A stretch of 63,899 nucleotides of DNA, counting the filler, from Octopus bimaculoides (taxonomy: Eukaryota): the NCBI RefSeq assembly GCF_001194135.2. It is 4 parts of 4 records of this genome, joined end to end, with 100 filler letters (N's around TTAATTAATTAA, not from the genome) between each part and the next. Parts side by side here need not be neighbours in the genome. Positions count along the whole stretch, not along the records: positions 1 to 28,905 come from NC_068983.1; 3 more parts are not named here. The stretch is one strand, 5' to 3'. Below the pieces are notes generated by a model. The model worked only from the letters and a program-made list of their open reading frames with translations, searched no databases and was not told where the DNA came from. Positions 10,957 through 23,169 of the stretch are shown one piece after another (the first letter of the stretch is position 1; each line of letters opens with the position of its first letter). A program made the position numbers and the translations under genes.

Positions 10957-10958
<2 letters not shown>
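10282..10958 (+). mobile_element. CR1-clade LINE, decayed C-terminal RT region
   Basis: SNVNDTK (FADDTK-like), LQQDLNSIYK, VKDLGI, ILRSFKTR, DYCSQL, LEAVQRHYTK, YRDRLRKLQLYSLERR; stops and frameshifts. Confidence 0.85.
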
Positions 10959-10987
<29 letters not shown>

Positions 10988-11660
10988 NNNNNNNNNNNNN
11001 NNNNNNNNNNNNNNNNNNNNNNNNNNNNNNNNNNNNNNNNNNNNNNNNNNNNNNNNNNNNNNNNNNNNNNNNNNNNNNNNNNNNNNNNNNNNNNNNNNNN
11101 NNNNNNNNNNNNNNNNNNNNNNNNNNNNNNNNNNNNNNNNNNNNNNNNNNNNNNNNNNNNNNNNNNNNNNNNNNNNNNNNNNNNNNNNNNNNNNNNNNNN
11201 NNNNNNNNNNNNNNNNNNNNNNNNNNNNNNNNNNNNNNNNNNNNNNNNNNNNNNNNNNNNNNNNNNNNNNNNNNNNNNNNNNNNNNNNNNNNNNNNNNNN
11301 NNNNNNNNNNNNNNNNNNNNNNNNNNNNNNNNNNNNNNNNNNNNNNNNNNNNNNNNNNNNNNNNNNNNNNNNNNNNNNNNNNNNNNNNNNNNNNNNNNNN
11401 NNNNNNNNNNNNNNNNNNNNNNNNNNNNNNNNNNNNNNNNNNNNNNNNNNNNNNNNNNNNNNNNNNNNNNNNNNNNNNNNNNNNNNNNNNNNNNNNNNNN
11501 NNNNNNNNNNNNNNNNNNNNNNNNNNNNNNNNNNNNNNNNNNNNNNNNNNNNNNNNNNNNNNNNNNNNNNNNNNNNNNNNNNNNNNNNNNNNNNNNNNNN
11601 NNNNNNNNNNNNNNNNNNNNNNNNNNNNNNNNNNNNNNNNNNNNNNNNNNNNNNNNNNNN

Positions 11661-11696
<36 letters not shown>

Positions 11697-12469
11697 CCAA
11701 GCGGATGAAAACGCCGGATAGAAGAAATGAGTGAGATAAAATTTTGTCAAGGGCACGATAAGTCAAATTATCAGAAAAGAATGACAAGGACTTGACCTAA
11801 ATAGCCAGAATGTGTGATGATAACTTACTAATTAGTTTCTATGTTACTAATTAAGAGTGGAGTTAACATGACCTGCGAGAAACGTAAATAGAGAATTTGG
11901 AAGGTCTTACGCTATGATTAGATATACGCAGATATGCGCTACAATAGAAACAAATAAATTCGATACGACAAGNNNNNNNNNNNNNNNNNNNNNNNNNNNN
12001 NNNNNNNNNNNNNNNNNNNNNNNNNNNNNNNNNNNNNNNNNNNNNNNNNNNNNNNNNNNNNNNNNNNNNNNNTTCATAAAAATCAGCCAGAGCAAGTAGT
12101 AAGAATATGAAAATAACAATTGAAAGTGTTCGTTATAGGTATAAAGATATCATAAACAAGTATAAAAATGGTGAAAAGATGTTAAAATCAAAATTGGATT
12201 TAATACATACGAATGTTTCAAAAGACAATACAAATATGTAAGAAATAATAATAATAATTATAATTAAAGTTATGCATTGCCATCCTCATCAGTGTGAAGA
12301 ATTTTACAAATAAGTTGTAAAAGGGAAAAAAATAATAAGTGAAACGAAAAAGAAAGACATATCAATGTGTATGCAAGTCTATTTGTGAAAAATATCTATA
12401 ACTTAATATGTCTAACGGATATATTTAAAAAGATAGTAAATGATCAACACAAACCATAGTTAAGAGTAC

Positions 12470-12570
12470 ACTTGTCTGTGGAGTGCTCAGCCACTTGCAT
12501 GTTAATTTCACGAGCAAGCTGTTCCGTTGATCGGATCAGCGGGGACCTACGTCGTCGTAACCGACGGAGT
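12470..12570 (+). mobile_element. 3' fragment of the family A1 SINE
   Basis: GTCTGTGGAGTGCTCAGCCACTTGCATGTTAATTTCACGAGC matches 3126-3250 in reverse complement. Confidence 0.8.
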
Positions 12571-12752
12571 GCTTCTATATATACATGTTCTTACTACTTG
12601 CTCTGGCTGATTTTTATGAATATGATGAATTTTTATTGGATTCCTCAAAAGGTTTCAATTATTCTATTTGAACTTATTTTTTCTTACATATACATTTACT
12701 TATTATACATCATTTTAATGAGTAAGAAGTCGATTTCTAATAAAATATAAAA

Positions 12753-14556
12753 ATGGAGAAGATAATTTTGGAAACATCTCTTAAGGGTATCCCTTTACTT
12801 ACACGCAAGGAATATATTAAAGATATTATAGATAAATTCCACGATCTCACAAAAAGAATCTGATGGAAAGCTTTTTTCATTGACAAATACAATGGTACAG
12901 AGAAAAATAAACCGGAAACCAGCAAAGAACTCTCAGTTATTAGAAAGAATTTTAAATCCAGAAGGATCCCACCTGCAAATAGGACATTAGAAAATTTTGA
13001 AGACGATCTTTGGAATTTACTACGCAATATTAAGGTTAAGAAAAATATTCCAAGGAACAATCACCTACGATTTTTAAGGAATAAGGTTAATCAGTTTAGA
13101 CTAGCACAAGGTATTATTGTCCAATCTGATAAAACAGGAAACTTGTATAATGTTAATATTAATTTATACCATCAACTTCTACACAAAGAGACAACTAACA
13201 AATATAAAATCGTAAATCAAGACGTTCTAAAAGCCAACAACTTAAAAGCTAAGAAGATAATGAGTGTTTATAAAATCGATGACGTCACTGAAATATACCA
13301 ACCTTTTAGACTCAGGATTACTCTGATTGGATCCGAAAGTGCGGCTTATTTGTCCTTGTAAATTCCGACATTGGGAAACTTAGTAAATTCATTTTGGATA
13401 AATATCTTTAAATCTAAAATTAAACTCCACCTATGGTCGAATACACTGGAAACTATTAAATGGTTTCAATGCTTAAGAGATAGGAAGAAGTCTCAATTTA
13501 TCCAATTCGACATTGATAGTTATTATCAATCGATTAGTCCTATTCTACTTAATAAGGCTCTTATTTTCGCAAAGGATAGGACTAACTTACCCACGAATGA
13601 AATCAAAGTTATACTTGAAGCGAGGAAGACCATAATTTATCAAGGTAGGACACCCCCAGATTGCTTTGATATACTAATGGGCGCGCAAGATAGAGCCGAA
13701 GTCACTGACTTAGTTGGGATTCATTTATTACATCTTGTCTATGAGAAACTCCCGGAATTTGAAGGTGGTCTCTATAGGGACGATGCTCTATTTGTAGTCC
13801 GAAATGCTTCTAACCGTAAAATTGAAATATATCAGAAGAGATTACATAAATTTTTCAAAAGCCATGCACATGCCATCACCATTGATCAGGATCACACTTC
13901 TGTGAATTTCTTGGACGCAAATTTTAACCTCACTACATCATTTTACCAACCATACCATAAACCCCAAAACAATATTACTTATATGCATGCACAGAGTAAT
14001 CATCCTTGTAAAATTATTAATAACATACTTTATAACATTGAATATAGAATTAACTTATTATCCTCTAATGAAGAAATTTTTAATAAGCATAAAGACTATT
14101 ACAATTTGGCTCTTAGGAAAGCTGGTTATAAATATAAATATCAAATTAAGTACAACAAAATTAACAATGATTTTTCTAATCATACCAATAATTATATGGA
14201 TAAGAATTTCAGTAAACGCACTAAAAAATCCACAACCCATAATAGATTAGAACACCCTAGCACGCAACTTAATTCTATCAATTATATTCATAAAGATAAC
14301 TTAACCATAAAACAAATTTTTTTTTATCAACAATGGACCAATTAATAAGATTGTTTTTTACTAACCAGATAATTACCAATACCAATATTACCAATAATAT
14401 AACTAATTGTAATGTTACAGACAGTAAATATGGGAAAAACATTAACATAGCTAGAAATAGTAACATGAAACAAAGTCTTATTACTAACAAATCTTCTATT
14501 TAATCACATCCTCTTAATAACTCACATAACTACATAACCAATTTTAATGATGTTCA

Positions 14557-14618
<62 letters not shown>

Positions 14619-14775
14619 GTAATGATAATAATAGAGGTAAAAAGAAACCTATACCTTATATTCGAATAGGTGACCCGTCTAATACAAACCATCATACCAA
14701 TAAGAAACACAACAATAGCATCATTTGGATTATGCTTCCTCTTGCTAAACATTTGAAGTCTAATTTTATAAAGTC
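12753..14775 (+). mobile_element. Penelope-like retroelement 1 (RT pseudogene, truncated before the endonuclease)
   Basis: SLKGIP...KRI*WKAFF, SDKTGNLY, QFDIDSYY, MGAQDRAEVTDLVG, GLYRDDAL, VNFLD, SNHP...LSSNEEIF...ALRKAGY, and IIWIMLP (IIWFNPP-like) near 14725. Confidence 0.9.
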
Positions 14776-14777
14776 TA

Positions 14778-14900
14778 GACCGATAGAATAAGTACTAGGC
14801 TTCCAAAGAATAAGTCCTGGGGTCGATTTGTTCGACTAAAGGCGGTGCTCCAGCATGGCCACAGTCAAAAGACTGAAACAAGTAAAAAAGTAAAATAGTA
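14778..14900 (+). mobile_element. SINE family B, 3' fragment
   Basis: GACCGATAGAATAAGTACTAGGCTT...GACTGAAACAAGTAAAA. Confidence 0.85.
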
Positions 14901-14934
14901 AAAGAGATACCTGTTACTGGTTTTTTTATGGTTG

Positions 14935-17900
14935 TGTAGCCCCTAGAGGGGCGATTTTCGACCCACTAAATAATTTTGGTGGGCGTTAAATTTAATTGAA
15001 TCAAATACAACTCACCAAAATGGTGAAGCGCGTCTTGAAAGAGTTGAAAAAAACAAACAAAATAAAACCTCCTACCAATATTGTAATGGATGAAGACTTC
15101 TCTCCACTTCCCTCCGTACGGGTAACAATACAGGGGTAGGGGAGTAGGAGAAAAACAAGACTGCCATGGTACAAAGTCCAACTCACAGTAACAACAATAG
15201 TAGCAGAAACACTAACAGCGGTAGAAATGACAACTTAAACAGTCGCAACAGTGACAGCAGCCGCAGCAGTAGTAGTAGTGATAGCAACTACTGTTGTTGG
15301 CACTCCGTCGCTTACGACGTCGAGGGTTCCTGTTGATCCGATCAACGGAACAGCCTGCTCGTGAAATTAACGTGCAAGTGGCTGAGCACTCCACAGACAC
15401 GTGTACCCTTAACGTAGTTCTCGGGGATATTCAGCGTGACACAGTGTGTGACAAGGCTGGCCCCTTTGAATTACAGGCACAACAGAAACAGGAAGTAAGA
15501 GTGAGAGAAAGTTGTGGTGAAAGAGTACAGCAGGGTTCGCCTCCATCCCCTGTCGGAGCCTCGTGGAGCTTTAGGTGTTTTCGCTCAATAAACACTCACA
15601 ACAACCGTAAAAAAGACAGCAACTGCAGCGGCAGCAGCGATAGTAACAACAACAACAACAACAACAACGAGAGCAAAAGTGACAACAGCAACAACAACAA
15701 AACCAATACCAACAACAATGACAACAACGGCAGCGACAGCAGCAGCAGCAGCGAAGAACAAACGACGCTTTACAGTAGATCTCCCAGATAGGGAGCAGAT
15801 GCTACAACAGGCATGGGAACTAATAAACAAGAGAAGACTTGGGCCAACCTGACTGTTCCATCAGAGGCAATTGAAGCAGTAGAGAGAAGAAAAGTACTTT
15901 TCAGATCCATCTCAGCAGACACGAAAAAAGCGACTTTAATAGCCCAAGTAGATATTGAGGCGGTCCTGAGGTGCATCAGAAATGACATCGAATACATAGC
16001 GAAGGGCAAACGATACGGCACCATTTCGGTGCTGTTTAAGTCAGAAGCCCTCTCTATGAAACATTCAATAATTCCCTGCAAAACCAGCAAAGACATTATG
16101 TACCCCTTCCACATGGGAAACGTATAGCTCATGTCCACATTCCTAGAATCCAACCAGGACTAGATATTTGATGGCTTTTGGGATGCGTAATCGTGGAGGG
16201 GACGGATACTGTCCCGAGAGACGTGACAAGAACTTCCAGGGAGGACTGGTCCGGGGTTGACCTGGAGATACTTCTCCAGATCACACTCGAAAACAAAAAA
16301 ATCCCGAACCACGTCCGTCTCCAGAACGGGACGGTGATACATATCACGACTGAGCGCAAAAGGCCTCATTGTTTCGCGTGTGGAGAAACGACGCATTTGC
16401 GAGCTCACAACCCCCAACTGGTATAAAGTGCAAGGGGTCAAAGGACTCCACTGTTGCCTACGCCGGGACGAGAACCACAAACAACATCAGCACCAGCAAC
16501 AACACCAAACACATTAATCACCCTAGGGGGAAAGAAGGAAAGCTCTCCCACCCCCTCACACCAAACAAAAATACACACATAANNNNNNNNNNTATGTTAT
16601 CTCTACGAGTCATCCGAGGGAAACATAACAGACACATTTATAGCAACAGACACCACACTCATAGCGCACACAGACAAAACGGAAACAACAAGACCATCGC
16701 CACTGCAGTCAAACAAACGTATTAAACAACACCAACACAAAATACCCAACTTCGTACTCATCAGAAGGGACAACGAGGAACTAATGGCCCTCGTAACACA
16801 AAACGCGGAAATTGAAAAGTGGGTGGATATTCGAATCGAACACATTTTGCGTACCAGAAGATTTACTTCTGGTGTGAATGTCGCTCGATTCTTACACAAA
16901 AATTCGAGAGAGGTTTCCAGAGGACATGGGAGCCCCGGACGTGAGACCCACATCGAGGCTCTTAAAGAGGTTCCCCATTATAGGCTCTTAAAGGGGTTCC
17001 ACCAATTATGGAAGTCAAACTACCCGATTTCACAAGACACCGGGAGGTAAGTAAACCTTTCCCTTCTCTCTTTAGCTTGCCAACATGGCCATACTAAGAG
17101 TAGGATTTTTAAATGTTCGAGACCTGGGTTCGGCCTGGAAGCAGGGCGCCTGCTCAACAACCTCAGGTTTCTAGAATTGGATATAATTGCTGTCAGTGAG
17201 ACCAGGATTTCCAATACACGTGCATTGGCCCCCATATTCGACGACTATCAGATCTTCGCATTTGTTAGTTGGCCGGGAATGAGAGTGGCAGTGCTGTTTA
17301 GGAAAAAACTGGATCTCGAGTTAAAGTCGAACTACCGGGTCCCGGACGGGAAGTTGGTTGTCCTGGATGAGAGCAATAGTGAATGTAGTGTTTTTAGATT
17401 GGTGGCCGTCTACCGGAGCCAAACGGCTGGATTTCATTCGGCGTCTGGAAGCCTTTCTTGGTTCGTTTCGCCCTTTACTGTTAGTAGGGGACTGGAATGG
17501 AATCTTAGATCAACGCTGGGATTGTGTTGGAGTACCTGATAGAAGAGGTGGGCGCAAAAGCCTGAAGCACCTGATCAATCAGTTCCAACTGTCTGACAGG
17601 TACCGATGAGATTTCCCTAATGCGCCAGTGTGGACCTGGACCAACCGCTTAGGGTCATCTAAATCGTATATAGATAGGATTTTCACTAGGAAAATAGATC
17701 GTACTGTGTAGGATGTTCACTTTTTAAAACGGTCGCCTATTTAGACCATAAGTTTTGTAACCTGTACGGTCGATCTACATAAGACGCGTAGGTTAGGATC
17801 CGGGTACTGAAAGCTGAACATGTCGTTTCCGGTTACAGGGACCGAGTCAGCAATTTAGTTAAGCAAAAGTTGTCAGGTGGGGTGTCGTCAACAACAAGCA

Positions 17901-19832
17901 GAAGGCGGCTCTCAAAAGAGAGATTAGAGTAATGTCNNNNNNNNNNNNNNNNNNNNNNNNNNNNNNNNNNNNNNNNNNNNNNNNNNNNNNNNNNNNNNNN
18001 NNNNNNNNNNNNNNNNNNNNNNNNNNNNNNNNNNNNNNNNNNNNNNNNNNNNNNNNNNNNNNNNNNNNNNNNNNNNNNNNNNNNNNNNNNNNNNNNNNNN
18101 NNNNNNNNNNNNNNNNNNNNNNNNNNNNNNNNNNNNNNNNNNNNNNNNNNNNNNNNNNNNNNNNNNNNNNNNNNNNNNNNNNNNNNNNNNNNNNNNNNNN
18201 NNNNNNNNNNNNNNNNNNNNNNNNNNNNNNNNNNNNNNNNNNNNNNNNNNNNNNNNNNNNNNNNNNNNNNNNNNNNNNNNNNNNNNNNNNNNNNNNNNNN
18301 NNNNNNNNNNNNNNNNNNNNNNNNNNNNNNNNNNNNNNNNNNNNNNNNNNNNNNNNNNNNNNNNNNNNNNNNNNNNNNNNNNNNNNNNNNNNNNNNNNNN
18401 NNNGTCACCCGGTTTAGATGGTCTGCCTTATGAACTTTACATAAATATGTCAGATTTGTTCTCCGATCTTATCGAAGCGTTCTATTGCAACTGGCAGCAG
18501 AATGGGAGTATTTCCAGTTCTGTGAGCCGAGGCGTAGTGACGCTGATAAGGAAAAACGAAAACAAGAGGGACACATTAAATAACTTCAGGCTCATAACTC
18601 TGCTTAACACAGAGCTTAAGATTTTGGCCAAGGTATTAGCAAAGAAGTTGGTGCTTGTCATCGAGAATTTGGTTGGGGAGGCGTAAGCCTGCGCAATCCC
18701 GACTAGGTCCATACACGACAATCTCCACCTCATGCGATACATCATAGAAAGGGTAGGGTGGGGCACTGATCAATTTAGATCAATCGAAAGCATTCGATAG
18801 GGTCGACTATTGATATCTAGAAGCTGTCTTCCAAGTGGCTGGCTTCGGCTCCATCTTCAGAGGTTGGATTCGGTGGTCAAAGTTAATGGCTACCTCTCGG
18901 AACCATTTCAGATCTCCCGATGGTCCATCAAGGGTGCCCTCTCTCCTCCCTTCTGTATGTATTGACTCTTGAGCCTTTATAGCTGAAGCTGGAGCTGCTG
19001 CAGGGCATCTCGGTTCCAACTTGGTGAGGTGCGATCGGGGGCAAGGCACAACGGTCAAGCAATAGTAGATAACGGATGCAAGAGAGCTGTGTTGGCGTAT
19101 GCGGACATTACCGTGATGGCGTCGGACATCTCAGAAATCGAGATGGTCGACACAACATTGGAGGAATATGAAAAGTTGACGGGAGCAAAACTTAACCCAT
19201 AAAAGTCAGTGGGCTTGCAACCCGGCACCTGGAGAGGTAAGACCGTGCCGTCCAACAGCGTCGTTGGGCGCTGGACGGATGCGCATCTCCAGATATTCTG
19301 CCTAAACGGTGAACAGGTGTGGTCACCGTTTGTCAAACAGGCCTATCCACAGCTCGTCTCCTTGACTGAGCTGCAGTCCTGGGTCAAGAAGAGACTGAGG
19401 CAGGGTGACTGGCATCTGGAATGTTGCAAGGCACTCAATGCCCTCTACCAGGCGGACAACGCGATCAGTGGAACGTCCACTCTACAGAGCGCTGACGCAC
19501 TTGGAGAGATGCTAGGAGTTGACGAAGTCGAACTCACCAGTCTGTTCAGGAGGACGATGGATAACTTCCAGAAATCTTTAGGGTGAAGAGAAGAGAGGGC
19601 TCTCCTGAGGCGCCCTGTGTGATCGGGGTGTCCATGGTGTGTGGGTTTCCTTGGACGCTCCTGTTTGGATTTCCCCCTATTGGGGAATTCCTTCATTGTT
19701 TGAATTCTATTGTTAATTGTTTTTGTTTATTTACTATTTACACGCATCGTCTAAACCCCACCGTTTGTTTTGTGTAATGTCCTTTTCTTTTTCGTGTGGG
19801 CCCTTGTGGTTAATAAAGACAGACTAAAGACA
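14935..19832 (+). mobile_element. Tx1/L1-clade LINE, near full-length but decayed (ORF1, APE endonuclease, RT, 3' UTR)
   Basis: ORF1 with zinc knuckle RPHCFACGETTHLRAH (~16360); EN motifs LNVR, AVSETR, GDWNG, WTWTN, SYIDRIF (17100-17700); RT SPGLDGLPYE, NFRLITLLNTELKILAKVLA, LDQSKAFDRV, AYADIT (18404-19200); AATAAA at 19812. Confidence 0.88.
15292..15602 (-). mobile_element. Headless family A1 SINE inserted in the LINE ORF1 low-complexity region
   Basis: Near-identical to 3126-3435. Confidence 0.9.
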
Positions 19833-19857
19833 ATATTATTATTACTTATTATTATTA

Positions 19858-20232
19858 AAGCGGTGAGCTGGCAGAATCGTTAGCACGCTGGACGAAATGC
19901 TTAGCGGTATTTCGCCCATCGCAATGTTCTGAGTCTAAATTCCGCCGAAGTTGACTTTGCCTGTCATCCTTTCGGGGTGGATAAATTAAGTACTAGTTGA
20001 ACACCGGGGTCGATGTAATCGACTCATCCCCTCCCGTCAAAAATTGCTGCCCTTGCGGTAAAATTTGAAACAAGGCGGCTAGCTGGCAGAATCGTTAGCT
20101 CGTCGGGCAAAATGCTTAGCGGTATTACGTCCGTCTTCACGTTCTGAGTTCAAATTCCGCTGAGGTCGACTTTGCTTTTCATCCTTTCGGGGTTTTTGCT
20201 TTAAATCCTTGTGCCTTTAGTAGAAAGGGCTA
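19858..20232 (+). mobile_element. Two tandem family C SINEs
   Basis: Heads at 19858 and 20072 (GCGGTGAGCTGGCAGAATCGTTAGC and GGCGGCTAGCTGGCAGAATCGTTAGC). Confidence 0.85.
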
Positions 20233-20357
20233 TTATTATCATTATCATTTGATGAATACTCTCAGCTTATTTTGCTGGGTATGATGGAAAGTGTCAGCTG
20301 TCCACAGCCAGCAGACTAAGGTGACACTTGTTTACTGGTCATGCTTCTGCTGATTTT

Positions 20358-22498
20358 TGTAGGCGTTCTACCTTCAAACTTGCCCCAAACTATGCAAACT
20401 TGTTCGTTGGCTACGTTGATGTCCAAATATTCTCACAATTCACTGACACCACTCTCGAACTATACGGTCGTTATATCGACAACTGTATTGGCGTGACTTT
20501 ACCCTCCCGTGAACAACTGGGCTCCTTCCTCTCCTTTGTCCAATCCTACCATCCTGCCCTCGATTTCTCCTGCACTATCTCTAACTCTTTCGTTGAATTT
20601 CTCGACATTTCTGCCAGCATCCACCACTCCGCTCTCACTATCTCCATCCGCTACAAAAACACTGACTCACACTCCTACCTTAACTTCTCCTCCAGCCCTA
20701 CCCACACCAAGCTCTCCATCCCCTACTCCCAAAATTCCTCCGTCTACATAGGCTCTGCAGTGACGACCATGACTTTGAGACTCAGTCTCAACTCATGGCT
20801 TGCCGTTTCATCCTACGTGGATATCTCCTCACTATATCTACATTGCCCTTGCCCGGGCACGATCTGGGGACTGCCTCTGCTCTTTCTCCTCGTACCCGCC
20901 CTACTTTTACCCGTCTTCCGTGTCTCCTCCACCCTCCACCCTACCCCTCCAACGCACCATCGTCCGAGCCTTCCGATTTCGACCACTTCGCTTTGCACAT
21001 CTTCCTCAACATACCCCTTCACTCCTTCAAACTAGCCCATAACCTGCGTGACCTCCTGATCCGCAGTTTCTCCCCCCTCCCAGCCTGGCTCCTTTCCTGC
21101 TCCAGCCCGCGCTGTCACACCTGCCCCTACCTCTCCAACACCACCATCCTCACAGGCACCCATCACCGTCCTTATCACGTCACCGACTCCTTTATTTGCA
21201 CCTCTAGTAATGTCATTTGCTGCATTTCCTGCTCTCTCTCTGTCCTTCCTTGTACATTGGTCAAATGGGACACCGCTTGGTTGACCGGTTCGTGGAGCAC
21301 CTTCGGGACATCATTCACGGCAATGACACCCTGGTCACTCGCCAATTCCGCTCTACCTGTTATTTACTACAACATCTGTCTGTGTTCGGACTGTCTCTGC
21401 ACAGGGGCCACTCGGACTCCTGCCTTCGCCGTGAACCGAAACTAATCTTCTCTCTTCGTTCCTTTGCACTATATGGGTTCAACTCACCCCCTCTCTTCAT
21501 CTGAGACTAACCTCACCTTCTCCCTTCATTTGACACCAATCCCACACGGATTCCCACCCACCTCACACACCCTCCACCTACACCTGCATACTGCCCACCT
21601 CGGTACCCTCACCCACATGCACCACTATACACACACCCATACACTGTTCAACTCATCACCCACTTTACACACCATTACACGCACACCCACAACACCTTCC
21701 CACTCTACACACACTTCTCAGCACCCACACAACACACCATTATCTACACGCACACACAATCTTCAATAGCGTTACCACACATACCACTATATGAGCAGCC
21801 ACACACACTGTTTAACTCAGCACACACACTCCCTCACCAACAGAAGTACATAATACTTGAACACAGAATATATACTCCCACACCCACACAAGCACATATT
21901 ACTTGAACATAGGCAATATATAGACACACGCAACACGCATAAACACACGCAACACACATAGACAAAGACAATTTTCGCCCACATACACTATACACATGCA
22001 CACTATTTGGTCACAGTGACACACACACACACACACATACACATGTGCACACACTATGCGTAAAAAGCACACATCAACTGCTACACTCAACATACACACA
22101 CACATACATGTTACCCATGCACACACACATCAAACTCACTCGCCCCTATTCACACATGCACACTTACACTCAAACACACCATTCTCACGTACACACACAC
22201 GCTTGCGCACCTCCTCTTGCTGGGATCACCATAAGTTACCTCCCCATCATTCTACCTCTCTTTATTATCTCCCTTTAATTCAACCTCTTTTTTTCCCAAT
22301 CATTCGCCATGTTGGATCACTGAACTCAACGCGTTTTTTTTTCATTCTCTCTCTATCTATTTCCTCTTATTACTTTCTGTCGAAGAACGTAGATTCCAAA
22401 CGTAAAAGACTTATCCATTTTCCCGAACTTCAAATTAATACACTTGCTTGTTGTTCCTAGACTTGTATTCGTCTTTGTTTTCCTATAAATTTGAACTA
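20358..22498 (+). mobile_element. Penelope-like retroelement 2 (Neptune-like): 5'-truncated RT, Cys linker, GIY-YIG endonuclease, 3' pseudo-LTR
   Basis: LAPNYANLFVG, YGRYIDN, FLDI, TDSHSYL, PRCHTCPY, NVICCISC, LYIGQ...RFVEH, LIFSL...GFN (ORF ends 21504); CA-rich tract, then pLTR running to the gap. Confidence 0.9.
22372..22409 (+). ncRNA. Minimal hammerhead-like motif, variant core, copy A (in the PLE pLTR)
   Basis: ACTTT-CTGTCGA-A-GAAC-GTAG-ATTC-CAAA-CG-TA-AAAGA. Confidence 0.5.
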
Positions 22499-23169
22499 NN
22501 NNNNNNNNNNNNNNNNNNNNNNNNNNNNNNNNNNNNNNNNNNNNNNNNNNNNNNNNNNNNNNNNNNNNNNNNNNNNNNNNNNNNNNNNNNNNNNNNNNNN
22601 NNNNNNNNNNNNNNNNNNNNNNNNNNNNNNNNNNNNNNNNNNNNNNNNNNNNNNNNNNNNNNNNNNNNNNNNNNNNNNNNNNNNNNNNNNNNNNNNNNNN
22701 NNNNNNNNNNNNNNNNNNNNNNNNNNNNNNNNNNNNNNNNNNNNNNNNNNNNNNNNNNNNNNNNNNNNNNNNNNNNNNNNNNNNNNNNNNNNNNNNNNNN
22801 NNNNNNNNNNNNNNNNNNNNNNNNNNNNNNNNNNNNNNNNNNNNNNNNNNNNNNNNNNNNNNNNNNNNNNNNNNNNNNNNNNNNNNNNNNNNNNNNNNNN
22901 NNNNNNNNTATATATATATACACGCATATATGTGCGTGTGTGAGTGAGTGTGTGTGTGTGTGTATGTGTGTCTGTATACATACATACATACATACCTGTG
23001 TATAGGTATGTATATGTATTTGTGTATATATATGAGAAGTTAAATAAACGACAAGGAAACAAGAAATTATGTAATGAAGTTCCTTACGTAATTTCTTGTT
23101 CCTTGTTATTCATTAAATATCTTATAAAAGTGTGTACTTAACGTCTTTTTCTGAAGGATATGTATACTG

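Noticed and set aside
10896-11787. Long ORFs spanning N runs (also at 17.8, 22.4, 26.3, 43.8, 47.9 and 57.9 kb)
   Set aside because: Artefacts of gaps flanked by (TA)n
11810-11895. Possible hammerhead (GTGATGA...GAAACGTA) upstream of Penelope 1
   Set aside because: Core mismatch and no convincing stem I or stem II pairing
12861-12863. In-frame TGA in the Penelope 1 ORF as possible selenocysteine (some PLE clades encode Sec)
   Set aside because: It falls at the Arg of the conserved RxRWKA motif, so CGA-to-TGA decay explains it; the ORF also has a TAA and frameshifts
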